In this document: positions 38,841 through 48,573 of the stretch, one piece after another
Position numbering within the stretch: the stretch's first letter is position 1
Layout of the letters: each line of letters starts with the position of its first letter
Assembly: GCA_002343265.1 (NCBI GenBank)
Contig: DDSC01000038.1
Coordinates: 5,454-69,453, forward strand
Direction: 5' to 3'
From: Micavibrio sp. UBA2400
GTDB lineage: Bacteria > Pseudomonadota > Alphaproteobacteria > UBA2400
Length of the DNA: 64,000 nt
Notes under the pieces: model-generated
Database searches by the model: none
The model's input: the letters and a program-made list of their open reading frames with translations, nothing else
What the model was told of the DNA's origin: nothing
Position numbers and translations under genes: made by a program

Positions 38841-39851
38841 ATGTCGATAACCCAAAAAATTCTGATGGGCCTACTGACTTGTGCCCTTCTGGCTGGGCTT
38901 TGGTATAGCTACGTCATGGCCATCCCGCGTGTAGCGGTAACACAGGTTGTACGCGGGTCGGCTGTTGAATTGGTGTATGCTACAGGAACAGTTGAACCTG
39001 CGGTTCAGGCCACGGTGTCCCCTGAAGTTAATGGGCGTATTGCAGAGTTCTATGCCCAAGAAAACGATATTGTTAACCTTGGTGGGCCGTTGGCTCGCCT
39101 ATTTGACGCGGAGCAGTACGCCGAAGTGTCAGAGTTGATGATCCGTGTGGCCAATGAAGAAACCGCTCTGCGGCGCGATGAAGATCTGCTCAAGCGAAAA
39201 GTCGGCAGCCGCGAGGAGTATGATAACTCAAAGTCTGCACTTGAGCAGTCAAAGGCTCGCTTGGCCGCCGCTCAAGTGCGCTTGCAACAGAGGACGTTAC
39301 GTTCTCCGATTTCTGGTGTTGTTCTCCGTCGTGATCATGAAATAGGCGAAACTGTAACGCCCGGTATGCGCTTGTTTGTGGTGGGACAGCTAAAGCCATT
39401 GCGCGTTACTATGGAGATCGATGAGGAAGATATTCCTCGTGTGCAGATCGGACAAAAAGTCTTATTAAGCAACGATGCCTTTCCGGAGCAGGTTTTTACA
39501 GCTGCCGTGAGTGAGATCACGCCTTTAGGTGACAGCAGTAGCAAAACTTACCGCGTGCGTGCGCAGTTGCCGGAAGAGACGGTATTGCCGGTTGGGATGT
39601 CAGTAGAGGCTAATGTTGTTTTAACAGAGAGAACGAATGCTTTGCTTATACCGGCAACCGCTATGCAGGATAGTCATGTCTATCTTGTGGGGTCCGATCA
39701 CCGCGTTAAAAAAGTATCTATAAAAGTAGGCTTAAGTGGAATTGAAAATATTGAGGTAATTCAAGGCCTGTCTGATGGGGATCTCATTGTGAGAGGGCCA
39801 TCTGTAGATCTGCGGGATGGGCAGCGTGTGAAAGTACGCCGGGAGCCATGA
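38841..39851 (+). CDS. HlyD/MacA/DevB-family periplasmic adaptor (membrane fusion protein)
   Basis: 336 aa with an N-terminal TM anchor, coiled-coil hairpin, lipoyl and beta-barrel segments ('VSPEVNGRIAEF', 'LRSPISGVVLRRDHEIGETVTPG'). A CTGGAG RBS is present. The stop overlaps the next ATG. Confidence 0.8.
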   Translation: MSITQKILMGLLTCALLAGLWYSYVMAIPRVAVTQVVRGSAVELVYATGTVEPAVQATVSPEVNGRIAEFYAQENDIVNLGGPLARLFDAEQYAEVSELMIRVANEETALRRDEDLLKRKVGSREEYDNSKSALEQSKARLAAAQVRLQQRTLRSPISGVVLRRDHEIGETVTPGMRLFVVGQLKPLRVTMEIDEEDIPRVQIGQKVLLSNDAFPEQVFTAAVSEITPLGDSSSKTYRVRAQLPEETVLPVGMSVEANVVLTERTNALLIPATAMQDSHVYLVGSDHRVKKVSIKVGLSGIENIEVIQGLSDGDLIVRGPSVDLRDGQRVKVRREP

Positions 39852-41098
39852 TCCTCCCGCTTGCCGCCCGTATTGCCTTTCGTCATCTGGTCTACCGTAA
39901 GAGGCAATCTCTTGTCTCCATCCTTGGTGTTGCTTTGGGGGTCGGTTTCTTTATTGCCCTCGCGGCCATGATGCAGGGGTTTCAAAGCTATTTTTTACAA
40001 ACTGTGGTCGATGTCTCGCCCCATATAATAATTAATGATGATTATCGGGCCCCGCTTCGGCAACCTGCTGAGGTGCACTATCCAGCAGCCATCTTGACTA
40101 TTCATGGCTTGAAGCCGAAGGAGGAACGACGGGGTATTCGTGGCTATGAGGCAATCACGAATTATCTACATGGGCTGCCCGGGATTCAGGTTTCACAAGC
40201 TTTGGAAGGACAGATTTTTCTGACTTTTGGCAGCACGGATCGCAATGCAACAGTGCAAGGCATTGTTCCGGCCGATGAGCGTCGGGTTATTAAGCTGGAT
40301 GATGATCTGATTGCAGGAAGCTTCGATAATCTTGAAACAGTTCCCAATGGGATTATCGTTGGTATCGGACTGGCGGAGCGTCTTGGGGCTGGCATGGGAG
40401 ACCGCCTGACTGCTGTATCGACATCCGGCGTCATAATGCAGGTCAAGATCGTTGGGCTCATTGAGACGGGTATTACCGCCATAGATCGCGGCCGTGCCTA
40501 CATGTTGCTCAAAAAAGTCCAGGTTTTACAAGGACTGAATAACCGGGTAAGTCGGATCAACATTCGGTTACCCGACCCCGAGAGAGCACAGGATTTAGCC
40601 TCCCAACTTGAGCAGAAATTCCGCTATCGAGCGGAGAGCTGGCAGGAGGCCAATGCCGGCATATTCGGTGTGTTTGTTGTTCAGAACATCGTCATGTACT
40701 CGACGGTTACAGCGATCATGATCGTGGCGGCCTTTGGTATATTTAATATCATTTCGACGATTATCCATGAAAAAGTCAAGGATATCGCCATTTTACGGTC
40801 GCTTGGCTTTTACGAAAAAGACATCCGGGCAATCTTTATTCTGCAGGGTGTCGCTTTAGGTTTGCTTGGCGCACTGCTGGGTTGGTTGGTCGGGTATGGT
40901 CTTACATCGGCGCTGGCCGCAGTTCGTGTAAATATCAAAGGCGAGATTAAAACCGACCATCTAATGATTCTCTGGTCTTTTAATCACTATCTCTTGGCGG
41001 CTCTGTTTTCCCTTGCCGCGGCAATAGTGGCAGCGTGGATACCCGCGCGCAAGGCGGCATCAGTGCAGCCGGTTGAGATCATCCGGGGTGTTTCATGA
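39848..41098 (+). CDS. ABC transporter permease, FtsX/MacB/DevC/LolC-like (4 TM with large periplasmic domain)
   Basis: 416 aa with an N-terminal TM 'LVSILGVALGVGFFIALAAMMQGFQSY', a roughly 220-aa periplasmic domain and three C-terminal TM helices with the FtsX-like motif region. ATGA coupling occurs at both ends. Confidence 0.8.
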   Translation: MILPLAARIAFRHLVYRKRQSLVSILGVALGVGFFIALAAMMQGFQSYFLQTVVDVSPHIIINDDYRAPLRQPAEVHYPAAILTIHGLKPKEERRGIRGYEAITNYLHGLPGIQVSQALEGQIFLTFGSTDRNATVQGIVPADERRVIKLDDDLIAGSFDNLETVPNGIIVGIGLAERLGAGMGDRLTAVSTSGVIMQVKIVGLIETGITAIDRGRAYMLLKKVQVLQGLNNRVSRINIRLPDPERAQDLASQLEQKFRYRAESWQEANAGIFGVFVVQNIVMYSTVTAIMIVAAFGIFNIISTIIHEKVKDIAILRSLGFYEKDIRAIFILQGVALGLLGALLGWLVGYGLTSALAAVRVNIKGEIKTDHLMILWSFNHYLLAALFSLAAAIVAAWIPARKAASVQPVEIIRGVS

Positions 41099-41766
41099 GT
41101 ACGCTACTGGAGGCACGAGGGCTTACCCGTATCATAGAGGGCGAGGTCTCGACCACCTTGATTGAGGATATTAGTTTTTCCATAGCATCTGGAGAATTTG
41201 TATCTGTAACGGGGCCTTCTGGTGGGGGCAAGTCATCCTTGCTATATTTGTTGGGTCTGATTGACCGGCCAACACGAGGTACCGTCCTGATAGAGGGGCT
41301 GGATACCGGCACGCTGGAAAGTGATGCGCTGGCACATTTACGCCTGACAACTCTTGGTTTTGTGTTTCAGTTTCATTTTTTGCTAGAAGAATTCACAGCA
41401 TTAGATAACGTTATGCTGCCCATGCGCAAGTTGGGGGTTCTGTCTAATCAGGCTATGATTGAGCGCGCATCGGAGCTGCTTGCTCAGTTCGATCTGGCGC
41501 CACACATTCATAAACGCCCCGGCCAGCTCTCTGGCGGACAGCGACAACGGGTCGCTATTGCGCGGGCACTCGCCAATCAGCCCAAACTGATTCTGGCGGA
41601 TGAACCGACTGGCAATTTGGATACCCGCAATGCAGACAGTGTCTTTGCAGCCTTTCGCGATATCGTAAATAATTTTAACGCTTCTGTTATGGTCGTGACT
41701 CACGACCCCGATCTAGCCGCAAGGGCAGACCGGCACCTGAAGATCATTGATGGCCATCTCGCCTGA
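41095..41766 (+). CDS. ABC transporter ATP-binding protein (MacB/LolD/DevA-type)
   Basis: 223 aa with Walker A 'GPSGGGKSS', the ABC signature 'LSGGQRQRVAIARAL' and Walker B 'LILADEPTGNLD'. Confidence 0.85.
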   Translation: MSTLLEARGLTRIIEGEVSTTLIEDISFSIASGEFVSVTGPSGGGKSSLLYLLGLIDRPTRGTVLIEGLDTGTLESDALAHLRLTTLGFVFQFHFLLEEFTALDNVMLPMRKLGVLSNQAMIERASELLAQFDLAPHIHKRPGQLSGGQRQRVAIARALANQPKLILADEPTGNLDTRNADSVFAAFRDIVNNFNASVMVVTHDPDLAARADRHLKIIDGHLA

Positions 41767-41814
41767 CTTTAGTGTATACTAAGAGTAGGTGCCGGGCCGA
41801 CAGGAGGCAAAGCC

Positions 41815-42138
41815 ATGACTGATGATCCAAACAAAATCCGCCAGCAGCGCATGCTGTTCGACCAGATTGATCAGGCAATCGGCGAAACCAATCGTGATGT
41901 CATTCACGGCCTTATTCCTAAACTGGATAAGGCGGTTTTCCTGAAAATGGCCAAAGGTGTCGCCCAATTGCGCGTGAAGTACATCGCTGCAGGCATTCAG
42001 CTCGCACAGACGGACGGCCTTAAGGAGCCACAGTTGCAGCAGCTTAAGAGCCTGCGGGAGCAATTTGAGGAGGCCCGCGCTGCGTTTGATGCCGTTAAAC
42101 GCGCTGTGAGCCGTGGCTATATCGATATCTCGGAGTAG
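41815..42138 (+). CDS. Hypothetical small helical cytoplasmic protein immediately downstream of the ABC operon
   Basis: 107 aa with a strong CAGGAGG RBS and no family assignment. Confidence 0.45.
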   Translation: MTDDPNKIRQQRMLFDQIDQAIGETNRDVIHGLIPKLDKAVFLKMAKGVAQLRVKYIAAGIQLAQTDGLKEPQLQQLKSLREQFEEARAAFDAVKRAVSRGYIDISE

Positions 42139-42472
42139 AGCGCCTAGCTGTCATATTTCTGTCACTTGCCTAGGGGTGTCTCTGCGCCATAATGATGGGC
42201 AGGAGGGACTGCCATGAGACAGAACACAGGTAATAGAATGCCGCACGAAACTAGGATGATTCTTGAGGAGCAAATCTTGGGTATTCGGCCGATTGGCAAG
42301 GCTGCTGATTTTGCTGGCCACGGACCCGCTCAGGCTTTTCCGCCCGGCATGCAGATAAATTACGCAGAGTGCTCGGAGTTGATTGGCCGACCTGGCCGTT
42401 CGAACGTATTAAGGCTGTAGCTCACGCGTAGTACTGGGCATTTTGTAATAGGGTAGTAAAGTAAGGCGTGTG

Positions 42473-43489
<1,017 letters not shown>

Positions 43490-43603
43490 TTATACAGGGG
43501 GGCATCGCTACTTCCGTTGGCTCAGACTGAGGCAAAACGGCAATTTTGGCAAGATTATTAAGTAGTTAATTGGGCATTAAGTCAAATCTGCCATACTTTT
43601 TCC

Positions 43604-44146
43604 ATGTCTGATGAAAACAGCCCAAAGGCGGCAGAACCTCTTAAACTCGGCCCGTTTGTGGGTTTCAATAAGTTTGCCAAGCCGTCCGCCGCTATGGCGT
43701 TGAACCTGCAACGTGCTCCTCAGCCTGTCTCTGGCAGGATGGGCAGTCTAAACCTATCCTTTGAGTCAAATGGCGTTCAGCGGCCGGATTTCTATGCGGT
43801 GTCGTCTTTTAGTCCTAACGCCGCCATGGGGATTAATGTCCCCTTTGAGGGAGGCAATAGCGGGATGGCCTCTGGCTCAATGGTCATTAACGGGCAGTCA
43901 ACCTGGTTTACGGGTCTCTACCAGACCGTTGATCTGGGGGGATTGCGGATAGGTGCTTATGGTGGGCGGATGACCGATCTGGTTACGCAGGCAAATGGCA
44001 TCGCGCGCAAAGACAATGACCGCTTTATGTATGGCGTTTACGCCAGTCTAGACCGGCCCGACTATGGCGTAGAGGCCAAGTGCATTGACTCGCGCAAAGA
44101 CAACATTCCACCTGTCTGCGGTGTATCCTACAAATTCAAGTTCTGA
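43604..44146 (+). CDS. Hypothetical Gly/Ser/Asn-rich protein with an OMP-like C-terminal 'YKFKF' but no detectable signal peptide
   Basis: 180 aa. The upstream frame is closed by stops, so there is no alternative start. The C-terminal aromatic-x-aromatic ending and alternating beta-strand-like pattern are typical of beta-barrel proteins. Confidence 0.4.
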   Translation: MSDENSPKAAEPLKLGPFVGFNKFAKPSAAMALNLQRAPQPVSGRMGSLNLSFESNGVQRPDFYAVSSFSPNAAMGINVPFEGGNSGMASGSMVINGQSTWFTGLYQTVDLGGLRIGAYGGRMTDLVTQANGIARKDNDRFMYGVYASLDRPDYGVEAKCIDSRKDNIPPVCGVSYKFKF

Positions 44147-44749
44147 TTAGCCAGCGGTGGCTAGGCGTTCGGCCGCAAATTCCCAATTCGCCATGTTTTC
44201 AAGAAAGGCCTTCAGGAAGTCCGCCCGACGGTTTTGATAGTCGAGGTAATAGGCGTGTTCCCATACATCGCAGGTCAGCAGAGCATGCTGGCCCTTGGTA
44301 AGCGGAAGGTCGGCATTTCCCGTCTTGGTGACTTTCAGTTTGCCACCCTCTAGCACTAACCACGCCCAACCAGAGCCAAACTGCGTCAGACCGGCTTGCG
44401 TGAAGGCTTCCTTGAACGCTTCGATAGAGCCAAAGTCGGCCTTGATCTTGTTTTCCAGCTCACTGGGCATGGCTCCGCCACCCTTTGGCTTTAATGACTT
44501 CCAGAAAAAGTCATGATTCCAGATCTGGGCAGAGTTATTAAATAGGCCCGCTTTATCAGCATGGCCTGCGCTGTCCTTGATGATCTGTTCCAGCGTTTGG
44601 GAAGCCTCAGGCCTATCCTTGGTTAAATTGTTCAGGTTCGTCACATAAGTCTGGTGATGCTTGCCGTGGTGAATTTCCAGATGCTGGACCGACATATAGG
44701 GAACCAATGCATCCTTGGCATAGGGCAGGGGGGCGAGTTCAAACGGCAT
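44147..44749 (-). CDS. sodB: Fe/Mn superoxide dismutase
   Basis: 200 aa with 'HHGKHHQTYV', 'FNNSAQIWNHDFFW' and 'DVWEHAYYLDYQNRR'. Confidence 0.9.
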   Translation of the reverse strand: MPFELAPLPYAKDALVPYMSVQHLEIHHGKHHQTYVTNLNNLTKDRPEASQTLEQIIKDSAGHADKAGLFNNSAQIWNHDFFWKSLKPKGGGAMPSELENKIKADFGSIEAFKEAFTQAGLTQFGSGWAWLVLEGGKLKVTKTGNADLPLTKGQHALLTCDVWEHAYYLDYQNRRADFLKAFLENMANWEFAAERLATAG

Positions 44750-44804
44750 TAGTATCTCCTTGGTTGGCAGTCAAATTAGTGTGGTTAAGAAAATTGGCAA
44801 GTCC

Positions 44805-45710
44805 TTAGCGCCGCCGTGCCGCCAGCCAGCCGCGAAAATGGGCCAGAATTCGCGCGCGGCGCGATGTCCTGAGGTATCGCCTAAGGGGGTCATGCTGTCT
44901 CAATTGCGATAGTTGATAGTTGGCGAGGTATAGCAGGCGTGTGGCTTCTCCCACCATTCGAGGGTCAGCTAGCTGTTGCGGTAAATCGCGGGCGACATGC
45001 AAAAGCTGTTCGGTACGATCGAGAACGCGCTGAATGACGGCACGCACTGCCGGGCTACTCTTGCGTTCAACCAGTTGCTCGGGCGTACCGCCCGCCTCGG
45101 TGAACCAGTCCGTTGGCAGATAGCAGCGCCCATGTAACCGCCAATCCTGCCCGCAGCGCCGGGTCAGGCGCAGCAGGAGCAGACTAGCACACAGTGCATC
45201 CGTCGATCGCTGTAGCTCGGGCTGCTCAAGGTGATGCAATTGCAAAATGGCGCGGCCAATTGGCTCAGCGGCGTAGCGGCAGTAAAGCAGCAGATCTGGC
45301 CATGTGGCGCAGACTGGTCGGCTGATATCCCGTCGCGCTGCTTGCACAAGGCGCAGAGCCCACTGCGGATCTAGCCGCCCTTGTGCCTGTATCCGGAGCA
45401 GACGCAAAGCAGCAAGAGTAAAGACGGTTGGTTCCTGATCACCCGCCGGGAGCGATCCACCTAAAGCCAGTTCAATCCGCTCCAATAGGAAACCACGTGT
45501 TTCCTCTACAAAATCTGGTATGTCGGCGATGTGGCGGATCGCAGCCAGTGTATCAAAAAAGATCTGGATATCTGGGCGAACAAAGGGGGCGAAGAAGGAG
45601 GAAGCCACCAGTCCCGAAAAGGCCGAGTGATGAGCCGGGACAGCGATCTGTCGACTCGTTGCCGCAGACTGAAGTTTTGTAGTCGGAACAGGGGGTTGCT
45701 CTCGATTCAT
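44805..45710 (-). CDS. Squalene/phytoene synthase-fold (SQS_PSY family) protein with degenerate Asp-rich motifs
   Basis: 301 aa. 'YCRYAAEPIGR' matches the YxYxVAGxVG motif and 'RLHGRCYLP' matches the GRxYLP motif. The first DDxxD motif is reduced to 'RHIAD' and the second Asp-rich motif is absent, so the protein is probably non-catalytic. Confidence 0.55.
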   Translation of the reverse strand: MNREQPPVPTTKLQSAATSRQIAVPAHHSAFSGLVASSFFAPFVRPDIQIFFDTLAAIRHIADIPDFVEETRGFLLERIELALGGSLPAGDQEPTVFTLAALRLLRIQAQGRLDPQWALRLVQAARRDISRPVCATWPDLLLYCRYAAEPIGRAILQLHHLEQPELQRSTDALCASLLLLRLTRRCGQDWRLHGRCYLPTDWFTEAGGTPEQLVERKSSPAVRAVIQRVLDRTEQLLHVARDLPQQLADPRMVGEATRLLYLANYQLSQLRQHDPLRRYLRTSRRARILAHFRGWLAARRR

Positions 45711-46475
45711 TGCGGCATAATATGTCAGAAATTCCAGACTGGCGAGGTTATTATCTTACAGATATTCCAGCATATTCGCGATTATTGCCGTCATAGCGAC
45801 TCGGAGTCTTTTCTGGCTGCGCTTTTTCTGCCGGATCCCGGGCGCCATTATGTCTTTACTCTTATCGCACTTAACCATGAGCTAGCCGAAATAGCCAAGA
45901 AAGTTTATGAGCCGTTATTAGCGCAAATGCGCTTGCAATGGTGGCGGGAGCAACTGGAGGCCGGGGCACGGTCCAATTCTCCTGTTGTGCAGGCACTACA
46001 GGCTACAATCGAAGCACAGCCGCTCTCTCGTGAGTTGTTTTTGACGTTGATCGACGCCTATGGCTCAGCCTATACAGACGCCGTTCAGGATATAAGTTCT
46101 GATGATTTTTCTGCCATTCGCCAAGCCTATTGGTATTGCAAACTGGGTTTGGTAGGCCAAGCTTACACACCACAGATTAGCGATCTAATACAGCAGGCGA
46201 TCAGACTGGAATGCTGGGAGCGCAGTTGTTTGTCTGATATGGCGAGTATCCCAACTTCTATGGAGATTGAGGCTGAGCGGAATAAAGCGCGGCAACTCTT
46301 TCGGTACGCGCATAAAGCTGGATTCGGCCCACTCTTTGCTGATTTGGTTCTTCTGCGCTTACGTCTTGGGCAGTTACTGTCACCAAAGTGGCGAAAATGC
46401 CAGTCTGGCCAGCTATCCCCGAAGCAGCATCCGTGGCGTGGAGTCGCGCTGGTCTATGAATTAATACTGCGTTAG
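45696..46475 (+). CDS. Squalene/phytoene synthase-fold protein, NDUFAF6-like (second, divergently transcribed paralogue); start codon unresolved
   Basis: 'DYCRHSDSESFLAALFLP', 'RLQWWREQL' and 'YWYCKLGLVGQ' match conserved SQS_PSY/NDUFAF6 blocks. Asp-rich motifs are absent ('NHELAE' where ADDIxD is expected). The only upstream ATG (45722) is in the +2 frame. The in-frame TTG at 45696 was used provisionally, so a frameshift or non-canonical start is possible. Confidence 0.5.
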   Translation: MLSIHCGIICQKFQTGEVIILQIFQHIRDYCRHSDSESFLAALFLPDPGRHYVFTLIALNHELAEIAKKVYEPLLAQMRLQWWREQLEAGARSNSPVVQALQATIEAQPLSRELFLTLIDAYGSAYTDAVQDISSDDFSAIRQAYWYCKLGLVGQAYTPQISDLIQQAIRLECWERSCLSDMASIPTSMEIEAERNKARQLFRYAHKAGFGPLFADLVLLRLRLGQLLSPKWRKCQSGQLSPKQHPWRGVALVYELILR

Positions 46476-46506
46476 TATATTCAGGTCAGTCTGATTTGAG
46501 GTGTCT

Positions 46507-47181
46507 ATGCGTTTCCTTATCGTTCTCCTTTGTGTTTTTGTGGCTGGAACGACTTCAGCCAACGCGGCTGTGTCTCCTGAGGGCTTTTTTACGCGGGCGC
46601 AGCCACTTGTTATTCCTGTCTCTTCGGCCGACCCACCCTACTATACATCTCAAAATCCAGATCCGGTTACGAGCGGCCAGGCCGGGCAGTCCCCGTATGC
46701 ATTGCCGCGGGAGCCTTTGCCTGATGCCTTGTTAGAGCGCCAATTGACCGAGGCCATGCGACCGATGGTTAGCGCGGCTTGGGCGCGCCCAGCGGCTATT
46801 GGAGCGACAACAGCGGTTTATTTTACCCTGCGTGGTGCCAATAAACGGGACGATCGCTTGATTTCAGTTTCAACGCCTTGGGCCAAGACCGTTCAGGTGC
46901 ATGACACGATTATTGATGATAACGGCGTCGCGCGTATGCGGGAAATTGAAGGACTTCTGGTGAGCGCAAACGCTAAACTGGTGTTCGAGCCCAATGGCCG
47001 CCATGTCATGCTGATTGGCCTTAAGCGTAACCTGCGGCGCGGCACTATGTTCCCGGTGACCCTGACATTCAAGAATAGCGGTCCGATCCGGGCCATGGTC
47101 GAGGTGCGTGGACCGTCACCGCTTGAGGTTACCGGAGATGCGACCGAGGGTAGCTCCGACCCTCATCATGAGGGCCATTAA
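46507..47181 (+). CDS. PCu(A)C-type periplasmic copper chaperone with long N-terminal extension and His-rich C-terminal tail
   Basis: It has a signal peptide. The motif H-x11-M-x21-H-x-M ('VHDTIIDDNGVARM...GRHVM') matches the PCuAC Cu(I) site H(M)x10Mx21HxM. The C-terminus ends 'PHHEGH'. Confidence 0.65.
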   Translation: MRFLIVLLCVFVAGTTSANAAVSPEGFFTRAQPLVIPVSSADPPYYTSQNPDPVTSGQAGQSPYALPREPLPDALLERQLTEAMRPMVSAAWARPAAIGATTAVYFTLRGANKRDDRLISVSTPWAKTVQVHDTIIDDNGVARMREIEGLLVSANAKLVFEPNGRHVMLIGLKRNLRRGTMFPVTLTFKNSGPIRAMVEVRGPSPLEVTGDATEGSSDPHHEGH

Positions 47182-47190
47182 CACCGCCTC

Positions 47191-48531
47191 TTAGGCGGCT
47201 TGCGCAAGCTGGCACCAGTTCTGTAAGTCTGCAAGAGCGCGTTGACTATAGAGTTTCTTGCGCTCTCGTGCACCGAGGCGAGGCGGGACATCGGTCAAGG
47301 GCGGAAATAGGCCGAAATTTATGTTCATGGGCTGGAACGTCTCGGCATTCGCGCCCGTTGTAATGTGATTGAGCAACGCACCAAAGGCAGTTGTCAGCGG
47401 CGGAATTTGCTCATATCCAGCGGCAAAACGGCCCGCAAGCAATCCGATCGCGGCTGACTCAACATAGCCCTCACACCCGGTAATCTGCCCCGCAAAGCGT
47501 ATATGCGGCATAGCCTTAAAACGCAGAGTTGGATCCAGCAGTTTGGGGCTATTAAGGAAAGTATTGCGGTGAATGCCACCCAGACGGGCAAATTCGGCCT
47601 GCTCCAAGCCGGGGATCATGCGAAAAATGCGCTGCTGCTCGCCATACTTCAGTTTTGTCTGAAAACCAACGATATTATAGAGGGTGCCAAGGGCATTGTC
47701 TTGCCGCAGCTGAACCACGGCATATGGGCGCTTGTCCGAATGCGGATTGGTTAAACCGACTGGCTTCATTGGCCCATAGCGCAGCGTATCCGGGCCGCGC
47801 TCTGCCATGACTTCAATAGGCAAGCAGCCCTCAAAATAGGGCGTGCTCTTTTCCCATTCCTTGAACTCCGTTTTTTCGCCGGTGCAGAGGGCGTCAATGA
47901 AGGCAAGATACTGCTCTTTGTCCATGGCACAGTTGATATAGTCTTTACCGGTGCCACCAGGGCCTTCCTTGTCATAACGCGACTGAAACCAAGCTTTGGA
48001 AAGGTCAATGCTGTCGAAGTGGACAATTGGTGCGATCGCATCAAAGAAAGCCAGTGAATCTTCAGCGCTGGCCTTACGAATATCTTCCGCAAGCTCAGGG
48101 GTCGTCAGTGGGCCGGTAGCCAGGATACAGTTTTCCCACGCCGGTGGCGGGAGGATCTTCAATTCAAGCGGTGCAAAGGTAATCAGGGGGTGGGCCCGCA
48201 AGGCTGCCGTTACCGCTTGACTGAATCCATCTCGATCCACCGCGAGTGCACCGCCAGCGGGGACTTTATGACGATCCGCGATGGTCATGATAATCGAGTT
48301 GCAGCGGCGCATTTCCTCATGGAGCAGACCGACAGCGTTATAGTCCGCATCATCCGAGCGGAATGAATTGGAGCAGACAAGCTCAGCGCAGTTTCCGCTT
48401 TGGTGAGCTTCGGTCATCCGCAAAGGGCGCATTTCATGCAGAAGGACCGGGATCCCGGCTTGCGCGAGTTGCCACGCAGCCTCCGATCCGGCCATACCCG
48501 CACCAACAACATGAACAGGGGAGTGTGTCAT
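47191..48531 (-). CDS. trmFO: Methylenetetrahydrofolate--tRNA-(uracil54-C5)-methyltransferase TrmFO
   Basis: 446 aa with an FAD-binding N-terminus '[18 protein letters not shown]' and a GidA-like fold of the TrmFO size class. Confidence 0.85.
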   Translation of the reverse strand: MTHSPVHVVGAGMAGSEAAWQLAQAGIPVLLHEMRPLRMTEAHQSGNCAELVCSNSFRSDDADYNAVGLLHEEMRRCNSIIMTIADRHKVPAGGALAVDRDGFSQAVTAALRAHPLITFAPLELKILPPPAWENCILATGPLTTPELAEDIRKASAEDSLAFFDAIAPIVHFDSIDLSKAWFQSRYDKEGPGGTGKDYINCAMDKEQYLAFIDALCTGEKTEFKEWEKSTPYFEGCLPIEVMAERGPDTLRYGPMKPVGLTNPHSDKRPYAVVQLRQDNALGTLYNIVGFQTKLKYGEQQRIFRMIPGLEQAEFARLGGIHRNTFLNSPKLLDPTLRFKAMPHIRFAGQITGCEGYVESAAIGLLAGRFAAGYEQIPPLTTAFGALLNHITTGANAETFQPMNINFGLFPPLTDVPPRLGARERKKLYSQRALADLQNWCQLAQAA

Positions 48532-48573
48532 GGCGCTATCAATACGCCATTTTTATAGGCAGAAGCAACAATA

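Noticed and set aside
42214-42420. 68-aa plus-strand ORF downstream of the ABC operon, with a plausible RBS.
   Set aside because: It is short with no conservation signal, and lies in a 330-bp intergenic region that more likely holds the gap terminator and promoters. Noted but not called.
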